NCBI GenBank assembly: GCA_030704615.1
Contig: CM060731.1
Coordinates: 95,418,001-95,482,000, forward strand
Direction: 5' to 3'
DNA: 64,000 bases
DNA from: Takakia lepidozioides
Taxonomy: Eukaryota; Plantae; Bryophyta
This document shows, piece by piece, positions 24,968 through 37,559 of this stretch. The notes beneath the pieces are model-generated. The model searched no databases. It saw only the letters and a program-made list of their open reading frames with translations, and was not told where the DNA came from. The position numbers and the translations under genes were made by a program. The number at the start of each line of letters is the position of its first letter. The first letter of the stretch is position 1.

Positions 24968-25636
24968 ATCCATAGAGTCAGTGACAGGTGGACGCAGGCT
25001 AACTTCAGGGAAATGGCCGGCGGAAGAAAGGACGGAAGCCAGTTTAGAAAGGGACACGTGGAAGTCAGGGCGCAACACACAGCTGAGAAGGAAGTGCAAG
25101 AATAGATGTCATCAAGAAAGAGGACAAGAATGGCCGTCAAAATACCTAATTAGCACGTCAATTTGGATGAATGGCCTTCCCATTAATGAATACGGAAAAG
25201 GGGCAACAGAACAAACGGCAAGTACAGAAAAGCGAAATTCTTGTCACATGTGTTATCCTAGTGGACAGTCCAGCAAGGAAAGTCCACTAAAGAAAACTAA
25301 ATCTAAAATCCAGTCATAGCGGTTACAGCCAATCGAAAGCCAGAAAAAAGATCAAGAAATTGGAGGGAATTTAAGCGCTAGAGTCGGCGTCGTTCTAGGT
25401 AACGGGCGTCTCGACGGGACAAACCATCAATGCTATAGCTTTGAAGCTATGGAGGAACTAACAGACTATACACTCGCAATATTACTTACACAGTGGCATA
25501 AGGACGGAAGAACAGAGCAGATCTTTTCTCTTAATCGATGCTTGCAAGCCCCGCAGGCTTACAAGAAATTACCCATAGCTTTTTGTGGCAACCATACGTT
25601 TATGCTTTGTGCCCTGCAGGCATTTCTTCAATTGTT
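24968..25636 (+). repeat. Diverged direct repeat, copy 2
   Basis: See 22362-23004. Confidence 0.85.
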
Positions 25637-26210
25637 ATGGCAAACAAGTCTGGAAAGCTGTTCTTGGTGTGAGTTTGATCCACAAAATATCCTTTGGAAT
25701 CCAATTCTTTACCAGTACAAGCTGCATATGAGTATAAACATTCACCTTTCTTTCCTCCCAGCCTTCAAACTCTACTCGCTTAATGGATAGCAATGCTATC
25801 ACATAAACCAGTGTTGGTAACCAATGTGCTCTTCCTCTACAGGCCACATGATAAATCTTTATCACTCCTTTCTCCAGACCCCACTCAGGATCAGCATCAT
25901 GCACTCTCTTAAGAATGTTTTCTTTACAACCGTCTGGCAATTCCAAGAACCTCTGAAAGAATCGTTTGGACAATCTTTCCTTCTCAGTTTCACAAAGAAT
26001 TTGATTCACATCAAATTCTTTAATTCTCCAACCACCATGATCCCACCAGATGCCTGTCACATCTGGTTGTTCATGACCCAGTTCCCCAGTATGGTCGCCA
26101 AATGTCGCGCGGCTTTTACTCACCCATCCCTTCGCTATCCGAGGCGGAAACTCCAAGATAGAAGAGTTGGAAATCTCTAAGCACTCAGCCCGCTCAGAAA
26201 AATCAGTCAT
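25635..26210 (-). pseudogene. G1 ORF1, 3'-truncated
   Basis: Same protein as 15234-15932, ending at ...AFQTCLP at the junction. Confidence 0.8.
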
Positions 26211-27148
26211 GACCTACAGCTAGTGTATCATGGGGGTGTTTTCTATTCGTTTTCCTTCCCGCATTCATGTTAGCTAGTTACCTTATTGTTGGTAATTAAG
26301 TATCAGTTTGCTTCAGCAATTTATCGGATTCCATCAACTCATCCATTCATTCCACAGCTTCACTCAGATCTCTACACAGTGTGAGTATGTAGTATGTATC
26401 AGATTAATATCTATCAAGTATCAGGCTGAAGCCATGGTATCTCTATTCTGCTCTACATTACAACTCTACTTCTTGCATTCAACAAGTATCAACAGATCGT
26501 TCTCCTCCTACTCCGTGCTCTCCCTCTTTCTGCTCAGAGATCCGCTCTCCGCTTCATTTCCTAGTTCTGATTTCCCCTAAGTGATGTCCGAAACCCCCCC
26601 CAGAAGTGATCCCAGAATTGATCATTTTCCAGTCCTTGCTCCTGGCTTTATCTTCCTACCGTTGTTCTAACCGTTTCCCTCACTAACCGTCATCCGTGAA
26701 CTAACATGTTCCATTCGCAGGTATTGTTCCCCACAGTCGTTCCCTGTTTTGCTATCCGTTCCCTATGGTCGTGACAGCTGTGTCAAGCTGTGACTGGCTG
26801 TGTGAAACTGTGACCGGCTGTGACCGGCTGTGTCGGGCTGTGACTGGCTGTGATTGGCTGTGACGGGCTGTGTCGGCTGTGCGAAGCTGTGACGGGCTGT
26901 GTTGGGCTGTGACTGGCTGTGCGACTGTGTTGGGCTGTGTCGGGCTGTGTTGGCTGTGTTGGGCTGTGTCGGCTATGACTGGCTGTGTTGGACTGTGACG
27001 GCTGTGTTGGCTGTGACGGGCTGTTTAACCCCCCTTTAAAGTGCGCTGCTGTCACCCCTAAGGCTCCTGTTGGTCTCAGTCTGTGCAAAAATTAAGGGTA
27101 CCCCACAGATCTCGTAAAAGTGTCTAAGTCCCAGACAGTCCTCTAACA
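25635..27148 (-). mobile_element. 5' fragment of G1 (copy L3), inverted relative to L2
   Basis: rc of 14307-15818; terminus rc TGTTAGAGGACTGT at 27148. Confidence 0.88.
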
Positions 27149-27402
27149 ACGTTCGAAATGCGGTGCCGCATTTCGGTTGCCAATCTGTTTTGTTTCCGTG
27201 CTTTCGTGGATTGAACTGGAGAGTGTGCCTTGCAGGGTCACTGAAAATGCGTACGTGCATACCCACATGGCACATATGCTGTACAGGGTGAGGAAAACTG
27301 GTCTCACTGATCCGCACATGTTTGCGGAAATGCTGGAGCCCGAGCTCATTCAGAAAGCCGTGGCAAAAACTGACCGGACATGGTATCGTCTCACTATGGA
27401 TG

Positions 27403-27754
27403 TGTCAAGTTAAATAAACACAGTGTGAAACTAACTAGAATAAAGCTAGTTATTTGTATTTAACACTTGGATTTAGTTCAAGTGTTAAGTCAGGTGTCAA
27501 GTTTAGTTTGACACCTGAACCGTCTTATCTTCACGCGAGCGTCAGTCGTGCGGCTCATCTCTCTCGAGTTGAGCCTGCGCGACCGAGCTCCTTCATGCTT
27601 TAGAATCTGAGTGTGCTTATGTAGGGGTATAGGTTGTTGTGGGGTGGAGTCCCCATAGCTTGGGGTGCCCCTGGCTCGACTATTATCTTAAAGAGTGATG
27701 TTGTGGGATTTCATGTTTCTTGTGTGAACAGTGTGTCCTTTAGCTTTCTTGTCA
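27403..27754 (+). repeat. G2 terminal repeat A1
   Basis: Direct repeat of 38056-38395 (TGTCAAGTT...CTTGTCA). Confidence 0.92.
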
Positions 27755-27756
27755 CT

Positions 27757-28084
27757 CGAGAGAGATGAACAAAGATATGTCAACACAGTGAAACTGAAAG
27801 ATGGGCGGTCATTGTCTACAGACATTGTGGTAGTGGGCGTAGGCGCGAGACCACTCATAGCCCTTTTGAAGGAGCAGTTGGCTGTTGAGAAGGGAGGTTT
27901 CAAGGTTGATGGGTTCTTCAAAACAAGTGCTCCAGATGTCTATGCCGTTGGTGATGTTGCCACCCTCCCCCTGAAGCTGTTCGGTGACCTGCGCAGAGTA
28001 GAGCACGTTGATCATGCTCGCAAATCAGCTATTCAAGCTGTTCAGGCTATCAAGGCAGCTGAGGAAGGGAAGACTATTGCTGAA
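27757..28084 (+). pseudogene. MDAR: Captured fragment of monodehydroascorbate reductase
   Basis: VKLKDGRSLSTDIVVVGVGARP...GGFKVDGFFKTSAPDVYAVGDVATLPLKLFGDLRRVEHVDHARKSA is plant MDAR sequence; uninterrupted by introns; partial. Confidence 0.9.
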
Positions 28085-28168
28085 GGTGGGCTGGACCTGC
28101 TGTTTGGGTCTAAGAAGAAACACGAGGTTGATGTGAGCCTCACCAATGGCCACGCCAAGTTGACAGTG
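28085..28168 (+). pseudogene. URM1: Captured fragment resembling ubiquitin-related modifier 1, fused in frame to the MDAR fragment
   Basis: GGLDLLFGSKKKHEVDVSL resembles the URM1 N-terminal GG(L/A)ELLF..KKH.V motif; very short. Confidence 0.6.
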
Positions 28169-28859
28169 GAATGCTGCTGGTTTGGATTCGTGACATTCAT
28201 TTCCAAGTGACGGGCGTGAGAGAGAGAGAGATACAGACACATGGCTGCGCAGAGCTTGCATGCCCGTACCTCGCCTCTCCGTCTTGGGGTCGCCTGCTCC
28301 TCGCTGCTTTCATGTGATGTAAGGCTCTTGTTTTTGTCCAAAATGCGGAGAAGATGAGATTGTGGTGAAGCCTGATATATCAGATTGAGCAAATTGTGTT
28401 TGGTTTGGCCAAGAGCTTGTCTTGATAAGGCAAGACTTCAGCAAATTGTGCGCATGTGCTGGCAAAGATGGCCACTGTAGACCATGCCCAGGGGAAAGCT
28501 CTGGGTAGAACAGGCCAAGGGTCCAAATTTGAAGATTCTTGTACACGTACTGAAAGTAGACCAGGCCGCCTTCAAACGGACGACTCTTTATCTCAGAATG
28601 GTCATGCATATGACAACAGAAAGTTGCATCAACAGGGCTGTTGCCGGTGAGACAGGTGCTTGTGGAGTAGTTGTCCAGAGCCTCTGTGGGGGTGAATGTA
28701 TTGGAATGGGACGATGCTGTTCTGCCTAGCTTCCCCAGTTGGGCTTCCGTCAGTTGCTGGTTCAACCACCTGCACCCAATACCAAGAACACCTCTATCAA
28801 GACTCCTGGGCGTTCAAAATTGCACTGGCAAGTTTTCTTGAGCAGCATTTGTGGGGTTC

Positions 28860-29165
28860 TTTCAATCTGTCCTCCTTTTTCTCTTCCTCCTTGGAGGCAG
28901 CTTCTACTGCAGCCCCACTTCTGGCAGCGGGTGCACTGCTCACAGCCACAGCGCCGCCACCTCTTGATCCAACATTGATGATGAGGTCATCAACACTTCT
29001 CTTCTCCAATAGCTTGGCGAACAGAGCGAGCCAGTAAGACTCCACTTGCACATTGGCGGCCTTCACTAGCGTTGCAATCTTGTCGGCAGTGATGGGAATG
29101 CCGTCATCATGTAAAATCAGAGCAGCGTAAGTGCAGGCAAGCTCGCTGTGCGCCACGGCGGCCAT
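28860..29165 (-). pseudogene. RPP1: Captured 60S acidic ribosomal protein P1 retrocopy with 5' UTR, lacking the C-terminal DDDMGFSLFD
   Basis: [58 protein letters not shown]; no intron. Confidence 0.92.
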
Positions 29166-29671
29166 CGCTTCTCAACAAGACGCCGCACTCGAGAATCCAG
29201 ACAAAGAGAATCCAGAGAGCAGGGGCTGCCAAGCTTGTGCCTGCGAAGGAGGATCCCAGCACTGCAACCTCTGTTGGTAGATTGCAATTTCACCATTTCG
29301 GGCACTTGTAGGGCACGGTATTTTGACCTTGTTGGGAACCTGCAGTGAATTGCAAAAAGAAAACGTGGGAACAATTTTTAATGGCGAGAACGTTTTGGTG
29401 TTAAAAAAAAAAACCTTTTGATCTAATTTAAATGATTTAGAGCCTAATTGGTCATAACTTTGTCAGATGGACTCCGTTTGACTCAGTTTAAGGGGGGATA
29501 GCTGCAGAAAGGGGAAATCTACCTAATACTGGTTTTTTGTTTTGTTTTTGGGACTCTGCTAAAAATCTATGGAATTTTTAGAGTGTGAGTGTGCCATGAA
29601 AGATCCACAATTCTGTTTCTAGAACCTGTTCTGGTCTATATGAGAGACAAATCTGTGGATGTCCTTCTTGT

Positions 29672-30304
29672 ATGGCTGCGGGAAATGAGGACGTAATTGA
29701 AGGGCAGGTCTCTTCTCTTAGCCTGTGCACCCAAGGGGACAAGATTTATGTCTCTCAAGGAACTCAGACTGATTTGAGTGGAGAACAGTTGGATGAGTTG
29801 ATTGCATACTGGGAGTCAGGCATTAGCAGTAGACAACAAACTGCTGTAGTTGGCGTTGAGGGCCTCAATGTTGCTTTGGACAGTCAGAACTCTGTTGGAG
29901 CCAGCAGTTCTGCAGCTGTAAGTGAAATACCAAAGTGGGTGAAAGCTAGGCTTGGAACACAGCCAAAGACAGCCCCGGGGACCAAGGTGTTCAGCCACAA
30001 GGTTGTGGTGTACTGGAGCAGAGGAGCAGGAGCTACACAAGTTTGTGCAATCAGACATGGTTGCAGCCGGACACACTCTGCACAAGGCAACCATGAGCGG
30101 GGGTTCATTAGCAATGACAAGTTTGTTTTGCTTGAGGGAGATGCAGTCATTCGCAATGAGGACACCCGCAACCGTCTCAAAGCTTTCGAGTTGAGAGACT
30201 ATCAGACCCTACCATTGTTTTCTTTAGTGTTCAGTGAGCGGGAGATAGCAGAGTGTTGCTTTGTCTCTACCTGGCAGAAAGAGGAGGAGGGTTGGTTAGA
30301 GTGA
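29672..30304 (+). CDS. Unknown ORF upstream of G2 gag (210 aa)
   Basis: Open ATG-to-stop frame with protein-like composition; no recognised motif. Confidence 0.35.
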   Translation: MAAGNEDVIEGQVSSLSLCTQGDKIYVSQGTQTDLSGEQLDELIAYWESGISSRQQTAVVGVEGLNVALDSQNSVGASSSAAVSEIPKWVKARLGTQPKTAPGTKVFSHKVVVYWSRGAGATQVCAIRHGCSRTHSAQGNHERGFISNDKFVLLEGDAVIRNEDTRNRLKAFELRDYQTLPLFSLVFSEREIAECCFVSTWQKEEEGWLE

Positions 30305-30941
30305 GCTACTGTAGCTTGGGACAAGGTTAGTGGCAGGTTTCTGGACATAGATATACCTCCTACACCTTACCATCACGCAGAGCGAGGCACTTTGAGAGAA
30401 GTCTGGCAGTTGATAGCATAGATCAGGATTAGATCTTGCTTGGTCGAGCTTCTATTCTTCCCCTCCATCTCTGTATTATTCTCATTACCTTGTACTTGTA
30501 GTTGCCAAAGCCTCTCTTGGTGGAGGCCAGTCAGTCCGGGGTTTTGGGCTGGGATATTCTGCAGGATCAGCACTGCAGATGGATTTTGGTGTGGGGGTGT
30601 TGATGTTTTGATTTCTTGTGTTTGGATCCCCCCCAACACCTGCTTGCTTGACTGTGCGCCATGTTGATTTTGTGTGGGCGCTTGCTTTCATAGGGATTAG
30701 GCCGGATTTGATCACCGGTCAATCCTAGAGTATGCTGTCGGTGGTGAGGCTGGAGTGATGACCAGCAAGACCACCAGTGTTTCTTCTATGGTGAGACTGG
30801 GTTGATGACCAGCCAACCATAGGAGTTCTTGCGGTGGATGCAGGTGCAGGTGCCCTGAGCCACTGGGATATGACCCTTAAACTGCAACAGGTGCCCACCC
30901 GTGTCACTATTAGAATTAGTACTAGAGCATTATAGTGTCAC

Positions 30942-32115
30942 GTGGGGGAGGTGCACATTGTGAGTGTCATCACGGAGTTACCGAGGGGTTCTGAGGGGAG
31001 TACGGCTATAGGCAGTAGCAGTGAGAGTGGGTTCACCAGACGAGGTGTTCGTTTTAGACCACCTTCACCTCCATCCTCAACTAGTGCAGAGTCAGACACA
31101 GACTCGGAGGCTTCATCAACAGGTGTGCAGTTTCATTCGCCATTGTTGTGGGACATGGAGGAGATGTATGGAGCTACCAAGGGGCCTCGTAGGTACTTTG
31201 GAGCTGTGGGCACAATCGAGTTGGATGACTTTATCCAGGAGTTCGACAGCTGGTGTGATTTGCAGCAGATGCACAATCCACAGCTGTTCACCCCATTCAT
31301 GGCGTGGAAGGGACTGTTCCAGCATTTGGAAGGCCCGCCTATGGACAATTAACACGAGTTCAGGCGAGGACATGAAGCAGAGATTGAGGAGTGGAGGATG
31401 TATTGGTCACCTGACTACGTCTCCATTACTCGAGGCACGACGCGACCAGTAGCTGCATCAGCACCAATATCTCCCACGCCAGCACTAGTAGTGGAACAAG
31501 TAGTGCCGGTACTTCTGCAGGTGGTACCAGTTCAAAAGGTGCTACTACTACTCCTGCCACGACTACAACACATGTGCCTAGATTCAACCCGGTGGTGGAG
31601 TTCTTCCAGGAGTTGCGGAGGAACTACCAAGGTATACGGACAGAGAAGCTGCGAAGTTTGCAAGACTTCCAGCGCAAACCTAATGAGAGCCTACGAGAGG
31701 CGTACACTCATATGAGGCGCTTGATAAGTGTGACCCAAGGGGTTACTGAAGCTCAGGCAATCCAGTTCTGGTATGGAATTTTGGACAAGGAGCTCAAGAG
31801 AAGGGTGCGGGATGCAACCCTGTTACAAGTAGCCCAACCCACATTAGCAGATGTGTTTCTGCTGGTTGAGCGGATTGTGCTCAACATGGTGGAGGAGCGA
31901 GTTGTTACCATTGGATTTGGCAAAGACATGCATGCACAAGGCGCAGCTGCCAGCTCATAGGCACAAGGGACTGCCCAACAACGTGGTCAGGGGGGCAAGG
32001 TTTCCCAACCCAAATTTCATGGAGCTTACAGGGGACCTCAGGTGCAGAGGCCAGTAGCATCTTTTGCAAGCCAACAGCAACCAGGGGTGATATGTTGGAC
32101 ATGTGGAGGACCCCA
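30942..32115 (+). pseudogene. G2 gag, degraded
   Basis: ELDDFIQEFDSWC, LRSLQDFQRKPNESLREAY.HMRRL (retrotransposon gag signature), remnant ICWTCGGPH knuckle near 32090. Confidence 0.75.
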
Positions 32116-33329
32116 TGTCAAGAGAGACAGTGTCGACGCCATCCATGGCACCTAGTTCTCGTCCGACTGTTACCGAGGTGGAGGTTACTATGCCATTGGG
32201 GAGAGCTACACGTGCATCACTGACACCTGCTACTAAGGCTAGTGCAGCCGGTGTGTTATTGGGGGCAGCCACCTCTGTGTGTCAAGCCCGACTGTTCTTG
32301 GCAACCACGATTGCGACGTCGGGGGTAAGACCAGCTGCAGTGTTCAGACTAGCAGCAACACTCTGTGAGAGTGGGGAGGTCACTTCATCTTCTGCGGAGT
32401 TACTGCAAGGTGTAGTGGCAGAGGGATCCTCGGATTTGAGGGTCAAGACTGCCATGGCTGCGCCATGGCAAGCTGCAACTGCCAGGTTGACGGAGCTGCC
32501 AGCTAGGCCAGCCTTTGAGCGCGCCATGGTGACACCTGGAGTTGTCTTGTTAGACAACCAGGATGGCATTTTTTTTTTGAGTGGACCGGCAGGCAAGAAG
32601 TACCGGCCACTGCGGGTCTTGTTGGATTCGGGAGCTCAGCCACTGATGTTGGGCTGAGCTGCTATTGCAGGTTTGGGCCTCATGGAGGCGGATATGGAGC
32701 CTTGTCCTTTCCAGATACAGACATCTCTGGGAGGATCAGAGCAGGCTCGGGGCATGACACGGCGTGAGTTGGCCATTAGACTGCAGCCGGATCATCCTAT
32801 AGATGACTCAGTGATGCGAGCCAAGGCCATTGTGACAGACGCAATCTCTTATGATGTCCTCGTTGGTGGGGCAGTGTTATATCCCATGGGCTTCACCCTG
32901 GACTTTTGGGAGGAGTCAGCATCCTATAGGCCTGGATGGCAGTCAGGGGATGGTCGTCGTGCACAGCTCCCTGTGACATTCATTGGGGGTATTGCGGCTG
33001 CCCAGCAGGGCAAAATGCCAACACTAGCCGCCTTTACAGCTGCAATTAGTTGGCCTGGAGAGTTGCTGGAAGGCAATGCCCATGCAGAGGATGTGCCACC
33101 TCCAACAGAGCAGGATGACATGCATGGTACGGCGGAGTTGCCTGCCATGGTTGCTCACACTCCATTGTGGGGTACGAGCAAGGATTTGCAGTAGGCTGCT
33201 GATGGACGGGTACAACAAGCCTGGGTAGAGGCCTTCATACCGTCAGGAGAAGAGGAGAGTGTGGTGATTGCACCAGGACCACCTCAGTTGTCGCCATTGG
33301 ACACCACACCTCTTGTGTGGCAGTGCCCG

Positions 33330-34290
33330 AATGAAGACATATGCCTTCTAGACTTGTTTGGCGGGATCAGCACTGGATTGGCTGCGGTACTGCAGGCAGG
33401 TGTACGAGTTCGACGTTACCTGTATGTGGAGAGGGATGAGACTGCACGACGCGTCTCACTGCGCCATGTTGCTCAGTTGGTACAGCAGTACCCTGATTTG
33501 TTGCTAGTGTCTGCAGTTTGTGGATACCAACAAGCCTTGCCAGCAGACATTTCGTTGCTGGGGGCGCAGGATTTGGAGCAGGTTGGCTCCATTGATCTGG
33601 TAGTGGCAGATTGACCCTGCCAAGGGCATTCATCAGCCGGGCATGGCAATGGATTGCGAGACTCGAGGACGGGTCTGTTTTGGGAGATGGTGCGGGTTTT
33701 GCGCCACTTGCAGCTTCATCAAGCTGTATCTCCAGCATACATCTTGGAGAATGTGCCACTAATGGGTGATTCTCGGGCCAGGGTGATGGCCAGTGTGCAT
33801 CAAGTCCGGTCGTGGCTTGGGTCAGCAATGTTGCTGGATGCAGCTGCAGTGGGGTCACGGGCTCATCGTCCACGGCTATGGTGGACTAATTCGATGACAC
33901 CCGCACTGCTCAAGCGTGCATTTGATGGGGTGCAGCGGCCAGCACACCTCACAGTGGATAGCATTTTGGACACAGGGAGGCAGTCTCAACGTGTGAGACA
34001 CGATGACCGTTCGCCTTTGGCAGTGGTCAATAGGGTGGGTCAACCACGAGCAGCATTACCTACACTGCTCAGCTTCCCAGGATCCCATGTTTTTCGGGAT
34101 GGTGGACCTGGCCTCTTGTGGGATAGCCAGTTGCAACAATTAGTGGAGCCCAATGCTGACGAGCGCGAGCGGGCAATGGGTTTTACCACTGGTACCACGG
34201 CGGTGCCATCTTTTTCTTAGGCATCACGTCGTCAGGTGTTGGGGCAAGCAATGGATCTCAATTGCTTGACCTGGATTATCAGCTTGGCTA
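33330..34290 (+). pseudogene. C5-cytosine DNA methyltransferase domain (non-permuted, DNMT3/bacterial-like) within Pol
   Basis: Motif I LDLFGGI, II YVE, IV DLVV..PCQG, VI YILENV, VIII AHRPRLWWTN, IX ERERAMGF, X LGQAM in canonical order. Confidence 0.92.
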
Positions 34291-37200
34291 TGGCCGAGCA
34301 GCGCAGAGTACGGAGTACACTTCCCTTCATGGTCTCCCTGCCTACCGAGACGGTACATGCAGCGAGTGGGGGCGAGCAGGTGAGGACCACGAGGTGCAGA
34401 CCGCATCCATGGCACATGTGGGAGGTGCTCGAGGTTCAGAATGAGTTGGCAGCCAAGGCAGCTGTGATGGATGAGGTTGGGGATTCTTCTTGGGTTGATG
34501 AGGTCCTCAAGGATGAGATGATGGGGCAGGATGAGGCCTTGTCATTGACTGAGCAGGCAGGGAGTACTGCTCAAGAGGTTGCGGCATAGCAACCATGGGA
34601 CGCGTCCTCTACCTCTAAGCCCACTGGACTTAAGGTTGCAATTACGGAGGACAATTGGGAGCCTGACATTGGACCCATTGTCACCGGAGGAGAGAGACAA
34701 CGTATACGGTGGTTCCTGAGGGCTTACAGGAATTGCTTTGCCTTCAGTTTGAAGGACTTAGGAGCACTGAAGGGTCAAGAGATTCGCATTGAATTGGCTA
34801 CTGACATGCCAATCTTTCGGAGACCCTATAGATACAGTGACATGGAGAGGTCCTTGATTCAGATGAGAACTCAGGACCTTTGGGAGGCTGGTTTGGTGGA
34901 GCTATCTGGGGGAGAGTATGCTTCAGCCACAGTGATGCCAGCCAAGAAGGATGTCTATGGCAATTGGACGGAGAGACGTATGTGCGGTGATTACCGGCCT
35001 GTAAGTCGTCAGACCAAGTCCGATAGGTATGCTATGCTGACACCGGAGGAGATCTTTGATGCCATTGGGCATGCCAAGGTCTTTAGCACGTTGGATTTAC
35101 TATCCGGATATCACCAGTTGCCGATCAAGGAGGCGGATAAGCAGAAGACGACATTCTGGGGGATCAATGAGCACGGGAAGGATTGCCTATACCAGTGGCG
35201 GTTCTTACCATTTGGGCTTAAAAACGCTCCTGCTGAGTTTCAAAGAGTCATGGACAGGATTCTAGCAGGGGTGGAGTTTGCTCGGTGCTACATAGATGAC
35301 ATCATCATCTTTAGTACTACGGTGGAAAAGCATGAGAGACACCTTCAGGGGGTATTTGAGCACTTGAGGGCGCACGGATTGAAGTTACATCCGGGAAAGT
35401 GCAAGTTTTTCCACAACCAGATTGAGTATCTGGGTCACATGATATATCCTGGAGGATTGGGAGTACAGCAGACTAAGGTAGAGTCCATTGCACAGGTTCC
35501 ACGCCCCACGGATGTGAGCCGAGTTCGAGCTTTCATGGGGTTAGCAAACTATTATAGACGGTTTGTTAAGGGATTTAGTGCCATTGCAAAGGCTCTAACC
35601 AAGCTGACCAAGGTGGACCTGGAGTGGCAGTGGGAAGATGAGCAAGAACAAGCTTTTCAAGAGCTCAAGGCAAGGTTGACCTCGGCGCCCATCTTGAGAC
35701 GACCTATCAGGGGGCGTCCTTTTCAGCTCCATACAGATTGGAGCATGCTGGGGCTTGGAGCGGTGCTCACACAGGTGGATGATGAGGGAAGAGAGTTCGT
35801 AGTGGCTTATGCTAGTCGCTCGAACAACGCGGTAGAGTCTAAGTATAGCTCATATGAAGGAGAATGCTTAGCTGCAGTGTGGGCCGTGGCACACTTCAGG
35901 TGCTATCTATACGGCAATCTCTTCACCCTTGTCACAGATCACCAACCACTCAAGTGGTTGATGGAGTCAGACAAGCTTACGGGGAAGCTTGCACGGTGGG
36001 CACTCATCCTTCAAGAGTATGACTTTCAGGTTGTGCATCGACCGGGTTTGGTCAATCGCAATGCAGATGGGTTGAATTGCAATCCATGCATGAGCCAGCA
36101 GGATGACACTGGAGCTCGGTGACATGGTGAGACGGATGAGGAGATGGTGCCCGGATGGCATGCATCTGCAATTCTGTGTATCTTGGCAGCGGAAGGCCAG
36201 GTTGGACCTGCAACTGGGATGATTGTAGATAAAGTGTCTGAGGACCCTGAGGCCAGCAATGAGCAAGGTGGCGCCAAAGATATACATGAGGATTCAGCTG
36301 TGTTGGACTATCTTCGCACTGGAGACACGGCAGCCACTCTGACTGCCAAGGAGAGGGATCGGATCCTACAACGAGCCAAGAGGTTTAAGTGGGAGGGGAC
36401 ACACCTGCTCCGAGTGTGGGAGGATGGTTGAGTGAGGATTGTGCCTCACCCAACACAGCGGGCACGGTTAGTGCGGCATGCCCATGAGGAGTTGGGGCAT
36501 TTTGGGGTGCGACGCACTCATAGTCTACTGCAGGGGCAGTATTGGTGGCGTGGTATGCACACAGAGGTGCAACAATTTGTGGCTAGGTGCATGGTGTGTG
36601 ACAGGGTGCGTGCTTCATTCAACGCCCCTACTCCACAATTGCACCCTCTTCCGATCATGGGATTGGGCTACAGGTGGAGTCTTGACTTCGGAGGGCTGTT
36701 GCCACTGACCATGCGCCACAACAAGTAAGTGTTGGTGATAGTGGAGCACTTCTCCAAGTGGATTGAGTTGGTTCCATTGCCTGATAAGGCTAGTGAGGGA
36801 GCTGCGTATGCATTCTTGGATTGTGTGCTTAGCCAATTTGGTGCTCCAGCTGAGGTACTCACGGACCAAGGGAGAGAGTTCTTGGGGGAGTTTCAGGCTT
36901 TGTGTGACAAGGCCTTGATAGACCACCGCCCCACTTCTCGGGATCATCCTGAGGCCGATGGCTTAGCAGAGAGAGTTGTTCAGACAGTAAAGAGGGGTTT
37001 GCGCAAGTATGGCTTGCAGAAGGGACACCTAGGAGATTGGGACCTTCAGTTACCCTGGTTAGCCATGGGCTATAGGTTCAGCAAGCAAGCATCACTTGCC
37101 TCCTTCTCACCATACTTTCTTCTCTTCGGCCGAGAGCCGGATTTGCCTACATCCATTCGCAGAGAAGCTGCTACAATTCTTAACCTTGACGATCCGGACG

Positions 37201-37559
37201 TGTGGGCACGTGCATGTGAGCAGCGTGCAGAGTTGTTCAAGAAAGTCATGCCCATGGCTTTCGAGAACCTTGCCATTGCACAACACCGTGATACGTTGAG
37301 GTATGCTACCATACGTGGTGGGGGCTATCGTCCTGGGGTTTGGAGATTCAACCCCGGTGACTATGTCTATCTACAGCAGACTGCTCCTACGACCTTGGAT
37401 GTGACTGCAGGACGTGTTATTTTGATGGTTCGAGAGGTCTTGCCCTCAGGCGTCTTGGTCTTGGAGGGTCGGGATGGCATAACTTGGAAGGACCATGTGC
37501 GTCACCTTCCGAATGTCGATGGCAGGTTGACCCAAACATGGCAGTGGTATCTGCAAGTT

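Larger units (their letters stand above)
14307..25636 (+). mobile_element. Non-chromovirus Ty3/gypsy retrotransposon G1 (copy L2): ORF1, gag-pol, 3' additional ORF; no 3' LTR present
   Basis: Starts TGTTAGAGG; domain order gag-PR-RT-RH-INT; no chromodomain; integrase [17 protein letters not shown] resembles Athila/Tat/Phygy-type elements. Confidence 0.85.

Noticed and set aside
22362-25636. Direct repeats as LTRs of a nested small element
   Set aside because: No TG...CA ends, TSD, PBS or PPT, and the copies are clearly diverged.
27731-29165. MDAR and RPP1 as functional host genes
   Set aside because: Partial, intronless, chimeric and located inside a retrotransposon bounded by a TSD.
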